Source: a virus. Taken from it: a stretch of 64,000 nt of DNA. A program made the position numbers and the translations under genes. A model generated the notes under the pieces. That model worked only from the letters and a program-made list of their open reading frames with translations. It was not told the origin of the DNA and searched no databases. The stretch is taken from positions 64,001 to 128,000 of the IMG/VR virus record IMGVR_UViG_3300049489_000321; one strand, 5' to 3'. Positions 26,812 to 36,354 of the stretch are shown here, in pieces (the stretch's first letter is position 1; each line of letters starts with the position of its first letter).

Positions 26812-29259
26812 ATGGCCATTAAGATAAACCAGTCAGCTATAGCTGAAGCAAAAGATCAGTTGTTTTTGGACACTGCCGATGGGCAGCGCTTAAATAACGT
26901 TTCTTCTAATTTAGGGCTATTTAGACCGATCTTAGGTATAGGAAGCGACGCTGAATGGCGTGCTATTGTTAAAAAAATAGCACATAATCCTAAACTAATT
27001 CAACGCGTTTTTAGACACATTATAGAATGCTGCATAGGTCCTAGATTTACTCGCACCGCCAACTTGTCTGCACCCACTGAAGTAGGAGACAATGTTCTAT
27101 TTGTAAACAACGCAGAAGAATTAATACAGTTAGGAACATTGGTAATAGATTCTGGGCTTCCTACCGAAGAAACAATAACTTTTGATTTTGTAGACAGAAT
27201 AACGAACAAAGTCATATTAACAAGAGGACTTACCTACGCCCACCAGGTACTGTCAGATGGGTCTGGAGTTTTGGCTGAAGATAAGGCTGTTTCTTCTATA
27301 GAACTTCCTCTTTACGACTCTAGTTTGTTGCCGACCACTAACTACCCTTATCCGCTGCTGGTGGGATCAGGTACAGAGAACGAAGAGATGGTGTTGGTGT
27401 ACGACAACGACACCATTACTAATACGTTGACTATTTCTGCTTTAACAAAAGATCAGAGTGGATTTAAGAGTTCTTTTCTTCGTAGAGAACTTCTACTGGA
27501 AACGTTTGCTGGTCGAACATTTATACGTTTCGATGTTAGTGAATCTAGGTGTTTCCCATCGGAAGGATGGTTGCGTTTAGACGCGAATAGTGTTGATGAA
27601 GAAGTAGTGTATTTTACTAGCAACGACGTAGATAATGACGTTATATATTTAAAAACACCTCTTAAATTTTCCCATGTAGCCGGTACTTCTGTGGAACTTC
27701 TAAGACCGGGAGCTAGTGTTAAGTCTGCGTCTTTGACACAACCGGGTATAGGTTGGGAAATTTTTGACGCAACCAATAGAGATCTAAAAATATACATTCC
27801 TCCAACGTATAGAGAATACAGAATTCTAGACGTAACATATTTACACACTGCTTCTCCTGGAGCAGTGTCTACCACGCTTGACAGTAACGTCTCTATCGGC
27901 GACACGGTTATATCGCTTACAAGTATTGCTGGATTTCCTTCACTTGGTTTAGTACAAATAGATGGTAATGAAGTGGCTTTTTATTATGAACTAGACGAAG
28001 ATAACGCCACGATTACGTTAATAAACGGAACGCTATCTGCGTATTCGGCTGGCGATTCTGTAGACGTGTTGACCTACCCGTATTCCGGTTCTGATTTGGA
28101 AGATTCTAATGTATTTGATATATTAGGCGACATCATACTCAACGTATTCCCTGGTAAATATTTGTTTGACGCAATACAACAGTCTCCTAGCTCTGTTTTC
28201 ACAACGCTTGACGTAGCCGTACCTCCTCCGACCAGACTGCTATCAAGTCAACTTTCTGGATTTACAAACATAGAAGTTGAAGACGCTAGTATGTGGGGTA
28301 CTCCAATATTTTCTGCTAGAATAGGAAGCGGAACGGGGTCTCAAGAAGATTTGACTGTAACCGATGTTACTATAGCTAAAACTACTTCTGATCAATTAAA
28401 CGGAGCAGTTTCTATAGGTGGAACATCTTTGGTACTTGACAACACTAGCGGGTTCCCCGAATCCGGTGTTGTAAATATGGCTGGGTACAGAGTTATCATA
28501 GACGAAGGAACCGTAGATGAAGAAATTGTACGTATATTAGACAATGACGTAGGTACAAATACGTTTACTTGTGTTCCTTTAGTACTTAATCATGCGGACA
28601 ACGCTGTTGTGTCTCTTTTAAATGACACCGTGACGTTTTCCACAGGGTTAAATAACTCGCACGACGGTGACAGCGTGTCTCCCACAGTCGTTGGTGATTC
28701 TGTAGAAGTATTGACGGAGTTTCTAGAAGTCGTTTCAGTTGCAGGGTTTTCTAATTCAGGTAAGATAATAATAAACTACGGAAACGCTAGATCTCCTGTA
28801 AGAGCAGAGATTATTGCTGCAAGTCCAGGCAGCTATACCATAGCAGACAGCTCTGTGTTACCTGAAGTTTACCCTTACCAACTAGTTTTAGGGCAAGGTC
28901 TGTCTACTGAAGAATACGTGTTTGTAACCAATAACAACACAGGAACAGGTGTTTTAACGGTAACCGGCGATGTTAATACACATTTTGCTGGAGAATACAT
29001 AGAATTTAGAGTAGAATCACCGGAAGTAGTAAATTATCAAGATATCGATTCTGGTAAACTACAATTTATTCCACCGGTAGTGTTGAATAAACACGAAATA
29101 GGTGAACAAGTAATGGTAACTAATCAACCAAGTGAACCTAGCCTAGATGGGTTTGATTACCCATTCTATTTGCCACCAGACAGGTTTCTTTGCTTGACTT
29201 ACGCTTTTGGTTTAGTAAGAGGCGCTGGTATTCAAGTTTCTATTGTTAATGAACGGTAA
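26812..29259 (+). CDS. Baseplate wedge protein (gpI/gp7-like) with about 8 copies of an inserted repeat module
   Basis: LFLDTADG..L...SNLGL.R.....DAEWR N-terminus and LVRGAGIQV C-terminus typical of gpI-like proteins. Confidence 0.7.
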   Translation: MAIKINQSAIAEAKDQLFLDTADGQRLNNVSSNLGLFRPILGIGSDAEWRAIVKKIAHNPKLIQRVFRHIIECCIGPRFTRTANLSAPTEVGDNVLFVNNAEELIQLGTLVIDSGLPTEETITFDFVDRITNKVILTRGLTYAHQVLSDGSGVLAEDKAVSSIELPLYDSSLLPTTNYPYPLLVGSGTENEEMVLVYDNDTITNTLTISALTKDQSGFKSSFLRRELLLETFAGRTFIRFDVSESRCFPSEGWLRLDANSVDEEVVYFTSNDVDNDVIYLKTPLKFSHVAGTSVELLRPGASVKSASLTQPGIGWEIFDATNRDLKIYIPPTYREYRILDVTYLHTASPGAVSTTLDSNVSIGDTVISLTSIAGFPSLGLVQIDGNEVAFYYELDEDNATITLINGTLSAYSAGDSVDVLTYPYSGSDLEDSNVFDILGDIILNVFPGKYLFDAIQQSPSSVFTTLDVAVPPPTRLLSSQLSGFTNIEVEDASMWGTPIFSARIGSGTGSQEDLTVTDVTIAKTTSDQLNGAVSIGGTSLVLDNTSGFPESGVVNMAGYRVIIDEGTVDEEIVRILDNDVGTNTFTCVPLVLNHADNAVVSLLNDTVTFSTGLNNSHDGDSVSPTVVGDSVEVLTEFLEVVSVAGFSNSGKIIINYGNARSPVRAEIIAASPGSYTIADSSVLPEVYPYQLVLGQGLSTEEYVFVTNNNTGTGVLTVTGDVNTHFAGEYIEFRVESPEVVNYQDIDSGKLQFIPPVVLNKHEIGEQVMVTNQPSEPSLDGFDYPFYLPPDRFLCLTYAFGLVRGAGIQVSIVNER

Positions 29260-29267
29260 AGGTTATT

Positions 29268-31772
29268 ATGTCTAAGAAAAACAATTGGTTACCAAACGTA
29301 CGTGTAGATATAGTTGACATGAATCAAGCTTCTTGGGGCTACCTAGATTCTACTCAACAAGAATTATTAAATTCAGTTTTAAAAGACGATTATTCTCGTG
29401 TTTTAGATGGCTTTAGAATACAGATAGCAGATCAGGGAAGTTTCCCTGGCGTATTCACTGTATACAACGGTTCGTCCGTAGACCATGATGGTGTGTTTGT
29501 TTCTAACAAAGAAGATCTAGACGCACAACGTTCTTCTACTATAACCGCTGACGCTACGTACTACATAGAAATAGAGCATCTAGAAACTCCCAGTGACACC
29601 GACGTGCGTGGTGTGTGGGATCCGTCTTATGATAACGGATTAGACGATTCAGGTGATCAGCTACCACCTGGTAGAGAGTTTATACAAAATGTATCCACTA
29701 GAATTACAAAAGATTGGAAAATAGTAACTCCAATTTCTACGTCTGGTTTCGAGCTATCTACTAATCCTGATAGTACGAAGATTCCATTAGCTATACTGGT
29801 AGTTTCTGGCGGCGCAATCACAGGTGTAACCACTTCTCCAGCCAGAACCTGTTTACTAGAGTCCGTGTTAGCCGGTGCTACTACTTTGAAGATGGTTAAC
29901 ACAAAGTTAATGCCGGATTCGTTTACTGCTACGCTAGACATAGGTGGTCCTAATCAAGAAACGGTGTCAATCACTGCCAACGATCGTGTAAACAACCTGC
30001 TAACGGTTAGTGGCGGCGGCGTTGCCAACAACCAAGCCGCTGGTGTTAGGCTTGCGGTAGCCGGCGTGTCACCAGCACAATTTCTTGTTGAGCGTACGGC
30101 AACTCTGCCTTATCTAGAAGACACATCCGGAGACGCCAGATTACGTATATGGCAGGGCAATGAAGACCGTGGTTATGTTCTAGGACAAGATCCTTCCGTT
30201 ACTACAGGAAATTCAGATTCTCAGATTGCTAGTTTAAAAGATCGGGTAGATTTTCTTGCCGCTCAAATAAGAGAACTAAAGTTTGGTGCGCAACGCACTG
30301 ATGATCTAGGTAGAATAGCCCCACCAAATTCATATAACGCTTCTCCGAGGTATTTTGACAGCGTACCAGGACTAGTAGGTGCGAAAGCGTTTTCTATCAC
30401 CATTGGTGATGGAGTCACTCAATGGGGTGATTTTAACAGAACGTCTTACGCTAGCGATGATTTGTTATTAGCAGACGCCATTGCTGCTTTGCCCGCTGAT
30501 GGTGGAACTGTTTTTATTAAACAGGGTGTAGTTTTAGATAATTTTGCTGCTACCGTCGATGTTCCCGCAGATACTAAAGTATTGTTCAAATCAGAAAATT
30601 TTAGAAACACCTCCGTGGTAAACATTGATTGTACTGATGTTAGTCCTCTTTTTAATTGCTTAACCGCTAATACTACTGGATTTATTGGTTTCGAAAACAT
30701 AACCATAAACACAGACAACGCCGCAACATCGGTGGTTGTTCTAAGAGATAACTGGGATTTATATGTAAGCGGATCGGCAATTGTTGCTGATGGCGAAGGT
30801 TCTAACGCTGTTATAGACTACACGAATGTAACCACAACTACAGGAAGAACTACAATTCAACACAGTAGCTTTGATGTTACGTCTGACGGAACGACTACAA
30901 CCAACGGTAGAGCGTTTATTGATGCCGACAATTCACCGTTTAGTAATATAACGATATATGATTGTGATTTTGTATTTGAAAACACGCTTGGGTCTGGTTG
31001 CTTGGACACGTTAATTCAAAGTACAGAGTTGCGTGAAAACGTTAGACTCCTTAATTGCCACTTTGACATTACAGGAGACGATACCGTAGGTATTCGATTA
31101 GCAAGCAGTGTGGACTCTGGTGATACTTCAAGAGGAAGAGTAATACAAGGATGCTCTCACGTACGCAGTGGTTCCGATATCGCGTTTATTTCCTCTTCTC
31201 TGGTTACTTTAAACCGTATACATAACCACTATAGCTCGGTTGGAAGTACTACTGATAGAGTAGTTGCCGACACAGATTTTGCTGCTAATGTTGACGTTGC
31301 TGGTAATCTAACCATGGCTATTAACCAAGACATAGAAGTCAGCGGAACCGGGCTATATAAGCACGGTAGTAGATTAATGATGATTAGTCCTGTTGGCGGT
31401 TCACACAGTGGAGGAGGCACTGCAACCAGCTCCGCAGGTCAAATAACTTTAACTGACGCCACAGGTATTTGGTATGTTCCCCTTCATTTACAAGTTGGCT
31501 GGGAAGTAGAGTCTGTTTCTGTTTACCTAGAGCCTGCAGGGTCTAGTACTAAAACTCTTCGCGTCAGAAAAATAATAGAAGACGGAACAGCCACAAGTGC
31601 GGCGGTTAGAGTTTTGACTTCATCTACTGAGAGTGATTATCAAATAACACAAGGAGTTGGTACTGGTATACCGTTTATTGTAGAGGATGATGCTTCATAT
31701 TGTATTGCTTTTGAAGCAGGTGACAATGGTGATATAATTCGTATTATTAAAGTGGTTTATAATCAACCGTAA
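29268..31772 (+). CDS. Tail fibre/spike with probable beta-helix region
   Basis: N-terminal baseplate-attachment-like region; AIAALPADGGTVFIKQG start of a pectin-lyase-like beta-helix; FENITI/NITIYDCDF repeats. Confidence 0.7.
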   Translation: MSKKNNWLPNVRVDIVDMNQASWGYLDSTQQELLNSVLKDDYSRVLDGFRIQIADQGSFPGVFTVYNGSSVDHDGVFVSNKEDLDAQRSSTITADATYYIEIEHLETPSDTDVRGVWDPSYDNGLDDSGDQLPPGREFIQNVSTRITKDWKIVTPISTSGFELSTNPDSTKIPLAILVVSGGAITGVTTSPARTCLLESVLAGATTLKMVNTKLMPDSFTATLDIGGPNQETVSITANDRVNNLLTVSGGGVANNQAAGVRLAVAGVSPAQFLVERTATLPYLEDTSGDARLRIWQGNEDRGYVLGQDPSVTTGNSDSQIASLKDRVDFLAAQIRELKFGAQRTDDLGRIAPPNSYNASPRYFDSVPGLVGAKAFSITIGDGVTQWGDFNRTSYASDDLLLADAIAALPADGGTVFIKQGVVLDNFAATVDVPADTKVLFKSENFRNTSVVNIDCTDVSPLFNCLTANTTGFIGFENITINTDNAATSVVVLRDNWDLYVSGSAIVADGEGSNAVIDYTNVTTTTGRTTIQHSSFDVTSDGTTTTNGRAFIDADNSPFSNITIYDCDFVFENTLGSGCLDTLIQSTELRENVRLLNCHFDITGDDTVGIRLASSVDSGDTSRGRVIQGCSHVRSGSDIAFISSSLVTLNRIHNHYSSVGSTTDRVVADTDFAANVDVAGNLTMAINQDIEVSGTGLYKHGSRLMMISPVGGSHSGGGTATSSAGQITLTDATGIWYVPLHLQVGWEVESVSVYLEPAGSSTKTLRVRKIIEDGTATSAAVRVLTSSTESDYQITQGVGTGIPFIVEDDASYCIAFEAGDNGDIIRIIKVVYNQP

Positions 31773-31787
31773 TTAAAGGAGAAATAC

Positions 31788-32237
31788 ATGAGTAAGAAAT
31801 TTATAGGAATTTGTTCAACTGTTATTTTACTAGGAATGGGTCTATTTACGTTTAGCTATGCGCAAACAGATCCTGCTTCCATGGATATTGGCGGTCTTTT
31901 TGCGTTCATCCTAGAGAAGCTTAAGTTAAGTCAATGGCTTGCTGCGTTTGGCGCTGTTCTAGTTGGCGCTGTTTGGCTACTTCGTGGACTAATTGCTCCA
32001 AGAGTCAAGTGGTTTGGTAGCAAGTTGGGTGGTTGGGTACTCTCGTTCCTAACTGCTGTTGCTTTAGCTGCGGGAACGGCACTAATGGCGGGCGGATCAG
32101 TTTCTGTTGGTCTACTAATGTCTGCTGTTTCTGCTGCTTTTGTTGCTGCTGGAGGTTGGGAAGGTGTTTCCGATCTTCTTGCTGCTAAAGAAGCCGCCAA
32201 AGCCCCTGTTGCCGTAGCCAGAAGAACTAAGAAATAA
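31788..32237 (+). CDS. Multi-TM membrane protein (holin-like) with signal-like N-terminus
   Basis: 3-4 hydrophobic segments and a basic C-terminus; RBS AAGGAG. Confidence 0.6.
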   Translation: MSKKFIGICSTVILLGMGLFTFSYAQTDPASMDIGGLFAFILEKLKLSQWLAAFGAVLVGAVWLLRGLIAPRVKWFGSKLGGWVLSFLTAVALAAGTALMAGGSVSVGLLMSAVSAAFVAAGGWEGVSDLLAAKEAAKAPVAVARRTKK

Positions 32238-32258
32238 TAAGACTAGGAGATAAGGTAA

Positions 32259-33185
32259 ATGCTTCAAAAACTAGGCGCGGTATCGTACTGGTATCCAGGC
32301 GCAAAATGGGACTTGTTACTTGCGGAAGGCGACATTCAGGACATTTATCTTATCAATCCCAACTCTGGCCCAGGATACGGTACTTCGTTTGACGTAGGTA
32401 GTTCTAACCACGCTGCCTACTCAACGTACATAAACAAAGCCAGATCAGCCGGGCACATGGTTATTGCGTATGTAACCACTAATTACCACGATAAAAATGG
32501 CGTTCAAAGTGACGGTATAAAGAGAGATCCGCTTAATATAGCGAACGTATTTAAGGAAATAGACGTTTATTACACTCGTTTTCCGGGAATGATTGACGGG
32601 ATTTTCTTTGACGAGATGTCGCCTACTGGCGACGCCGTAGACATAGATTATTACACCAAGATTTTCAACTACATGCAGACTAAGCCTGGCAAACACTATG
32701 TAGTACAAAATCCAGGCGGTAACTTTCCTGAGGGCATGATTAACGTTGCAGATACGTTTATGTCGTTTGAAAATACCTATTCTTCGTACCTTACGTATAC
32801 TCCACCGACATGGCAAGCGAAGTACCCTGCTAACAAGTTTTGGCACGTAGCACACACTTGTCCTGCTACGGAAATGAAAAACGCTGTTGCTCTTTCTAGA
32901 AAGCGCAATGCAGGTAGATTCTATTGTACTGAACTAGTTATGCCAAATCCTTATTCTGCTCCAACGACATATTTGAAGGGCGAGGCAGCCGAACTTAGGG
33001 CACTTAATGCGTTGGAAAACCCAGTCGTTGTACCTGCGCCAGAACCTGTTCCTCCTGTCGTGACTATAGAGCCTGTAACGACTACTATGACAGTCCAGAT
33101 GCCGATTACGATAACTGTGGGAGTTTCGCCTACACCGGTGTCGGTAGAAATGGTTGTGCCTGTAACCATTACTATTACTAAGTAG
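32259..33185 (+). CDS. Spherulation-specific family 4 / GH135 glycoside hydrolase
   Basis: Family motifs INPNSGPG, (I/L)AYV.T.Y, IDGIFFDE, VVQNPG, ADTFMSFE, KFWHVAH, NPY...PTY; Pro/Val/Thr-rich C-tail. Confidence 0.85.
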   Translation: MLQKLGAVSYWYPGAKWDLLLAEGDIQDIYLINPNSGPGYGTSFDVGSSNHAAYSTYINKARSAGHMVIAYVTTNYHDKNGVQSDGIKRDPLNIANVFKEIDVYYTRFPGMIDGIFFDEMSPTGDAVDIDYYTKIFNYMQTKPGKHYVVQNPGGNFPEGMINVADTFMSFENTYSSYLTYTPPTWQAKYPANKFWHVAHTCPATEMKNAVALSRKRNAGRFYCTELVMPNPYSAPTTYLKGEAAELRALNALENPVVVPAPEPVPPVVTIEPVTTTMTVQMPITITVGVSPTPVSVEMVVPVTITITK

Positions 33186-33189
33186 ACAA

Positions 33190-34551
33190 GTGCCCGCTCT
33201 GATTACAAATTCTGGCGCGGCTTTAAAAACCGCAAGTACCACTGCGTCACCCACCATGCCTACTGGGCTGAGGATTGGTGACGTGTTGTTAATGCACGCC
33301 AATGTATCGAGCGGAACTATCACAATATCCAACAATGCTACAGGCTGGGAGGAATTGTCTCACTTAAGCCAAGCTCTTACCAACGTTGTCGAGAGCTACG
33401 TATGGGCCATTAGAGTTACTGATATAGGCATGCTAGGACCAGAGCTTACTCGTACAGGCGGTGACTACATGATTGCTAGGATATGGGTGGTTAGCAGTGT
33501 CAACGGTACCACAGCAACAGACGGTATTGTCGGATCCAGAAACACTTTGTCTGGTGGCAGTGTATTTACTTTGTCACACACAACGTTTAATACTACCGAG
33601 GATGACGCCACAATCGTGTATATAGGACAGACTGGTTTTGACGGCACGGGATCCGATATGTCTAATGACGTTGATGACTCTGCGTCTAACGTTCTAGGGG
33701 CAGCGGTGCTGGCATACGACGGAACCACAACCGGAAATGGCGGTGGCTACACGGTCGCACAAGGATACCTTCGCACTGCAGGAGCCACAGGTCAGCTTGA
33801 TTGGATGCACGGATCTGCAAAAAGTTGGTGTAAACACGCTTTCGCGTTTCAGGGCACGGTACAAAACGCGGTGGCACCTGTAATAACAGAAGTAACAATC
33901 GAAGGTGCGATAGATTACAACGATCCGATAGAAGTGGGTGCGGTGGATGACGTATCACTTTCGTCTGTAATAATAACTGCTACATACGGAGCAGACTACG
34001 TAGGAGGAGCGATTACGGAGACTGTGTACGACGGTACGGCATTTTCTACCGCGTTTTTGACAGACTCCACGGTTACAGGAACTTTGGTGGCTGGTCTGGA
34101 CTTTTATCTTGATCGAGATGGCGGGTGGCCGTCAGAGGATGTGGACATAAACGTAATAGCCGTTGATGCACAAGGTAACGTCGCTACCGATACGTTTACG
34201 TACACTACAAACTTTGTGCCTGTTCCGATTGATGCTGTACCACCTACGATAACTAACTTTGTACCACCAATCAACACTGATTTAGATAAAATGGAGCCAA
34301 TTCAGTTTGATGTACTTGATGATCTGGCATTAGGTAGGATATTATTAGAAATATCGTTTCTAGGAATAGACATGCCTGAGCCGATATACAATGGTAATGG
34401 GTTTACTGCTAATTACTCTAACGGAGAAAACAGTGTTACACCAATATCTGGTGGATTTAGATTTACGGTATTGCGTAACGGTGGGTGGCCTTCTACACAA
34501 ATAACGGTTACTCCATACGCACACGATACTAGTGGAAACGAGAACACATAA
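33190..34551 (+). CDS. Virion structural protein with two C-terminal Ig-like repeats
   Basis: MPTGLRIGDVLLM N-terminal domain; two copies of (A/P)P.IT...DD..L...E..Y.G..F...R.GGWPS....A.D..GN. Confidence 0.6.
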   Translation: MPALITNSGAALKTASTTASPTMPTGLRIGDVLLMHANVSSGTITISNNATGWEELSHLSQALTNVVESYVWAIRVTDIGMLGPELTRTGGDYMIARIWVVSSVNGTTATDGIVGSRNTLSGGSVFTLSHTTFNTTEDDATIVYIGQTGFDGTGSDMSNDVDDSASNVLGAAVLAYDGTTTGNGGGYTVAQGYLRTAGATGQLDWMHGSAKSWCKHAFAFQGTVQNAVAPVITEVTIEGAIDYNDPIEVGAVDDVSLSSVIITATYGADYVGGAITETVYDGTAFSTAFLTDSTVTGTLVAGLDFYLDRDGGWPSEDVDINVIAVDAQGNVATDTFTYTTNFVPVPIDAVPPTITNFVPPINTDLDKMEPIQFDVLDDLALGRILLEISFLGIDMPEPIYNGNGFTANYSNGENSVTPISGGFRFTVLRNGGWPSTQITVTPYAHDTSGNENT

Positions 34552-34554
34552 AAC

Positions 34555-35109
34555 ATGCCGGCACCAACGTCATATACTTGGGGAGTAGTACCGGGAGCAG
34601 ATCCGCCAGAGCCTCCTCCGCCTCCTACAGTACCCGAAGAAACTGATGCAACTGTATCTAGCGTAGTGGTCGTAGCGCATGACATGGTGCAAGTATTTTT
34701 TAATATTCCAATGTTATCCAATAGTGCTATGGCACTAAAGACAAACTATACCGTCATTCCACAAGGAGATGGGATCCCTGTAAACGTCGATAAAGTATTA
34801 GTACCAAAAGGAACCGTAGTAGACTACGTACAGCTTGTTATCACTGATTTTAGTATAGGTGAAGAATATTTGGTAGTAGCAGAAAACCTAACTACACCGC
34901 AAGGTAACCCTATTTCTGAATTTAATGCAGCGCCCTTTATTGGCCGCCGAACAAAAGTCGATGCCATGATGGACAACATGCCCGCTATTTATGATTTAAC
35001 GCCAACTTCGACGTTAAGAATGTTATTTAATGCAATCGGAATGATGGATGACTTGATCGGCGGCAGCAGGAATGATACTCTAGTTGGAAGCATAGATCCA
35101 GACGCGTAA
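34555..35109 (+). CDS. Virion protein with Ig-like domain
   Basis: Poly-Pro linker followed by V.F..PM......NY.V....GEEY.V....L....GNPI. Confidence 0.55.
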   Translation: MPAPTSYTWGVVPGADPPEPPPPPTVPEETDATVSSVVVVAHDMVQVFFNIPMLSNSAMALKTNYTVIPQGDGIPVNVDKVLVPKGTVVDYVQLVITDFSIGEEYLVVAENLTTPQGNPISEFNAAPFIGRRTKVDAMMDNMPAIYDLTPTSTLRMLFNAIGMMDDLIGGSRNDTLVGSIDPDA

Positions 35110-35110
35110 A

Positions 35111-35530
35111 ATGAGTGTTAAAGATTCAATAGTAGGATGGTTAGCTACGCTAAAAAGCAAAGCCAACTCGTCAAGTGCCATAAAGAAGTGGATTCTTTAT
35201 ATGGTTGTAGCTATTGTTGCATTTTTTGCACTTGCATGGTTGTCTAATAGAGCGTTTCGTCAGTGGCGTGAACTTGCTGAATTAAAGCATAAAATGGATG
35301 TTCTTAAAGAAGAGAAACACCAAGCTGAGGTAGCAAAGAAAAGCGCGCAAATTAAAGAAAAGATCGATGAACTTGACGTTTCCATTCAGCGTAAGCAAGC
35401 TGAAATTGATTTAGTTGACGATAGTATTAGAAGTTTAAATGAAAAATGGGAGTTAGAACGTGAAAAAATCACTGCACTCAATGACTGGGATAGCTTGGAT
35501 CAGTACGTTCGTGATACTGAGTCTAAGTAG
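35111..35530 (+). CDS. i-spanin-like protein (TM plus coiled coil)
   Basis: WILYMVVAIVAFFALAWL followed by a long heptad region. Confidence 0.55.
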   Translation: MSVKDSIVGWLATLKSKANSSSAIKKWILYMVVAIVAFFALAWLSNRAFRQWRELAELKHKMDVLKEEKHQAEVAKKSAQIKEKIDELDVSIQRKQAEIDLVDDSIRSLNEKWELEREKITALNDWDSLDQYVRDTESK

Positions 35531-35918
35531 TGCTGCACTAGCTAATCCTTTCCCGCCAAGTCAGCGGAAAAACTTTGATGGTCAAACGTATCAGTGTTTT
35601 GACTTTGAAGGCTATAAATCTTTAGTCATTACGCACCAAGAGTTAGAGAAAACTATAGACGAAGTTGATCTGCTTGAAGAAAAAAACCAACTACTTACAG
35701 ATCAAGTAGTTAATCTACAAGAGATCCGTAAGCTAAACGAAGAAAAGATCGAACTTTTCCAGACGGAAAACGAACGCCTGTACAAGCTGTGGCAAGAAGA
35801 AAATAAGAAACGACATTTGGCTGAAGAACGTCCTACGTTTAACTGGTTGGCGTGGACCGCCGCAGGTACATTTGCCACTAGTACGCTGGTTCTATCTTTG
35901 GTACTGATCGCTAATTAA
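35460..35918 (+). CDS. Spanin-partner-like protein: signal peptide, coiled coil, C-terminal TM
   Basis: Overlaps the previous gene; ..VILSLSSAALA|NPF; C-terminal WLAWTAAGTFATSTLVLSLVLIAN. Confidence 0.5.
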   Translation: MKKSLHSMTGIAWISTFVILSLSSAALANPFPPSQRKNFDGQTYQCFDFEGYKSLVITHQELEKTIDEVDLLEEKNQLLTDQVVNLQEIRKLNEEKIELFQTENERLYKLWQEENKKRHLAEERPTFNWLAWTAAGTFATSTLVLSLVLIAN

Positions 35919-35919
35919 C

Positions 35920-36354
35920 ATGGGATACGTTTTGGAGCTAAAGAGCCCCAAAACTGGGGATTCCGCGATCTTTATTAAATTAAAGGAGGTCTACCCAGAA
36001 TGCCTGCATTTGATTTCAGATGAAGAACAGCTGCATCCTTTGATATGTCTTAAGAGTACTTGCCACAGAAATTTTAATTGCATGAGTACCCTAGCTAATA
36101 GGGTAAAATATATATTTGATACATTCGTTAATGCTAGATTGTTGTTTCTTTACTTTAGCTACAGGGATTTTCCTAACAAACAGCGCGCTGGTATATTTAC
36201 TAAAGAACTAGACGAACCAAGATATATTACGTTTAATTTACATGCGTGGGAAAAGGTTAAGTCTTTGTCTACTATCTACGAATGGTCTTTACCTGATTCT
36301 GTGTTTTTGGCTAGTTCGGCTAATTTAGTGCAAATTGGTAAAAAGAATGGGTAA
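35920..36354 (+). CDS. Hypothetical protein
   Basis: Packed ORF on the coding strand. Confidence 0.5.
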   Translation: MGYVLELKSPKTGDSAIFIKLKEVYPECLHLISDEEQLHPLICLKSTCHRNFNCMSTLANRVKYIFDTFVNARLLFLYFSYRDFPNKQRAGIFTKELDEPRYITFNLHAWEKVKSLSTIYEWSLPDSVFLASSANLVQIGKKNG

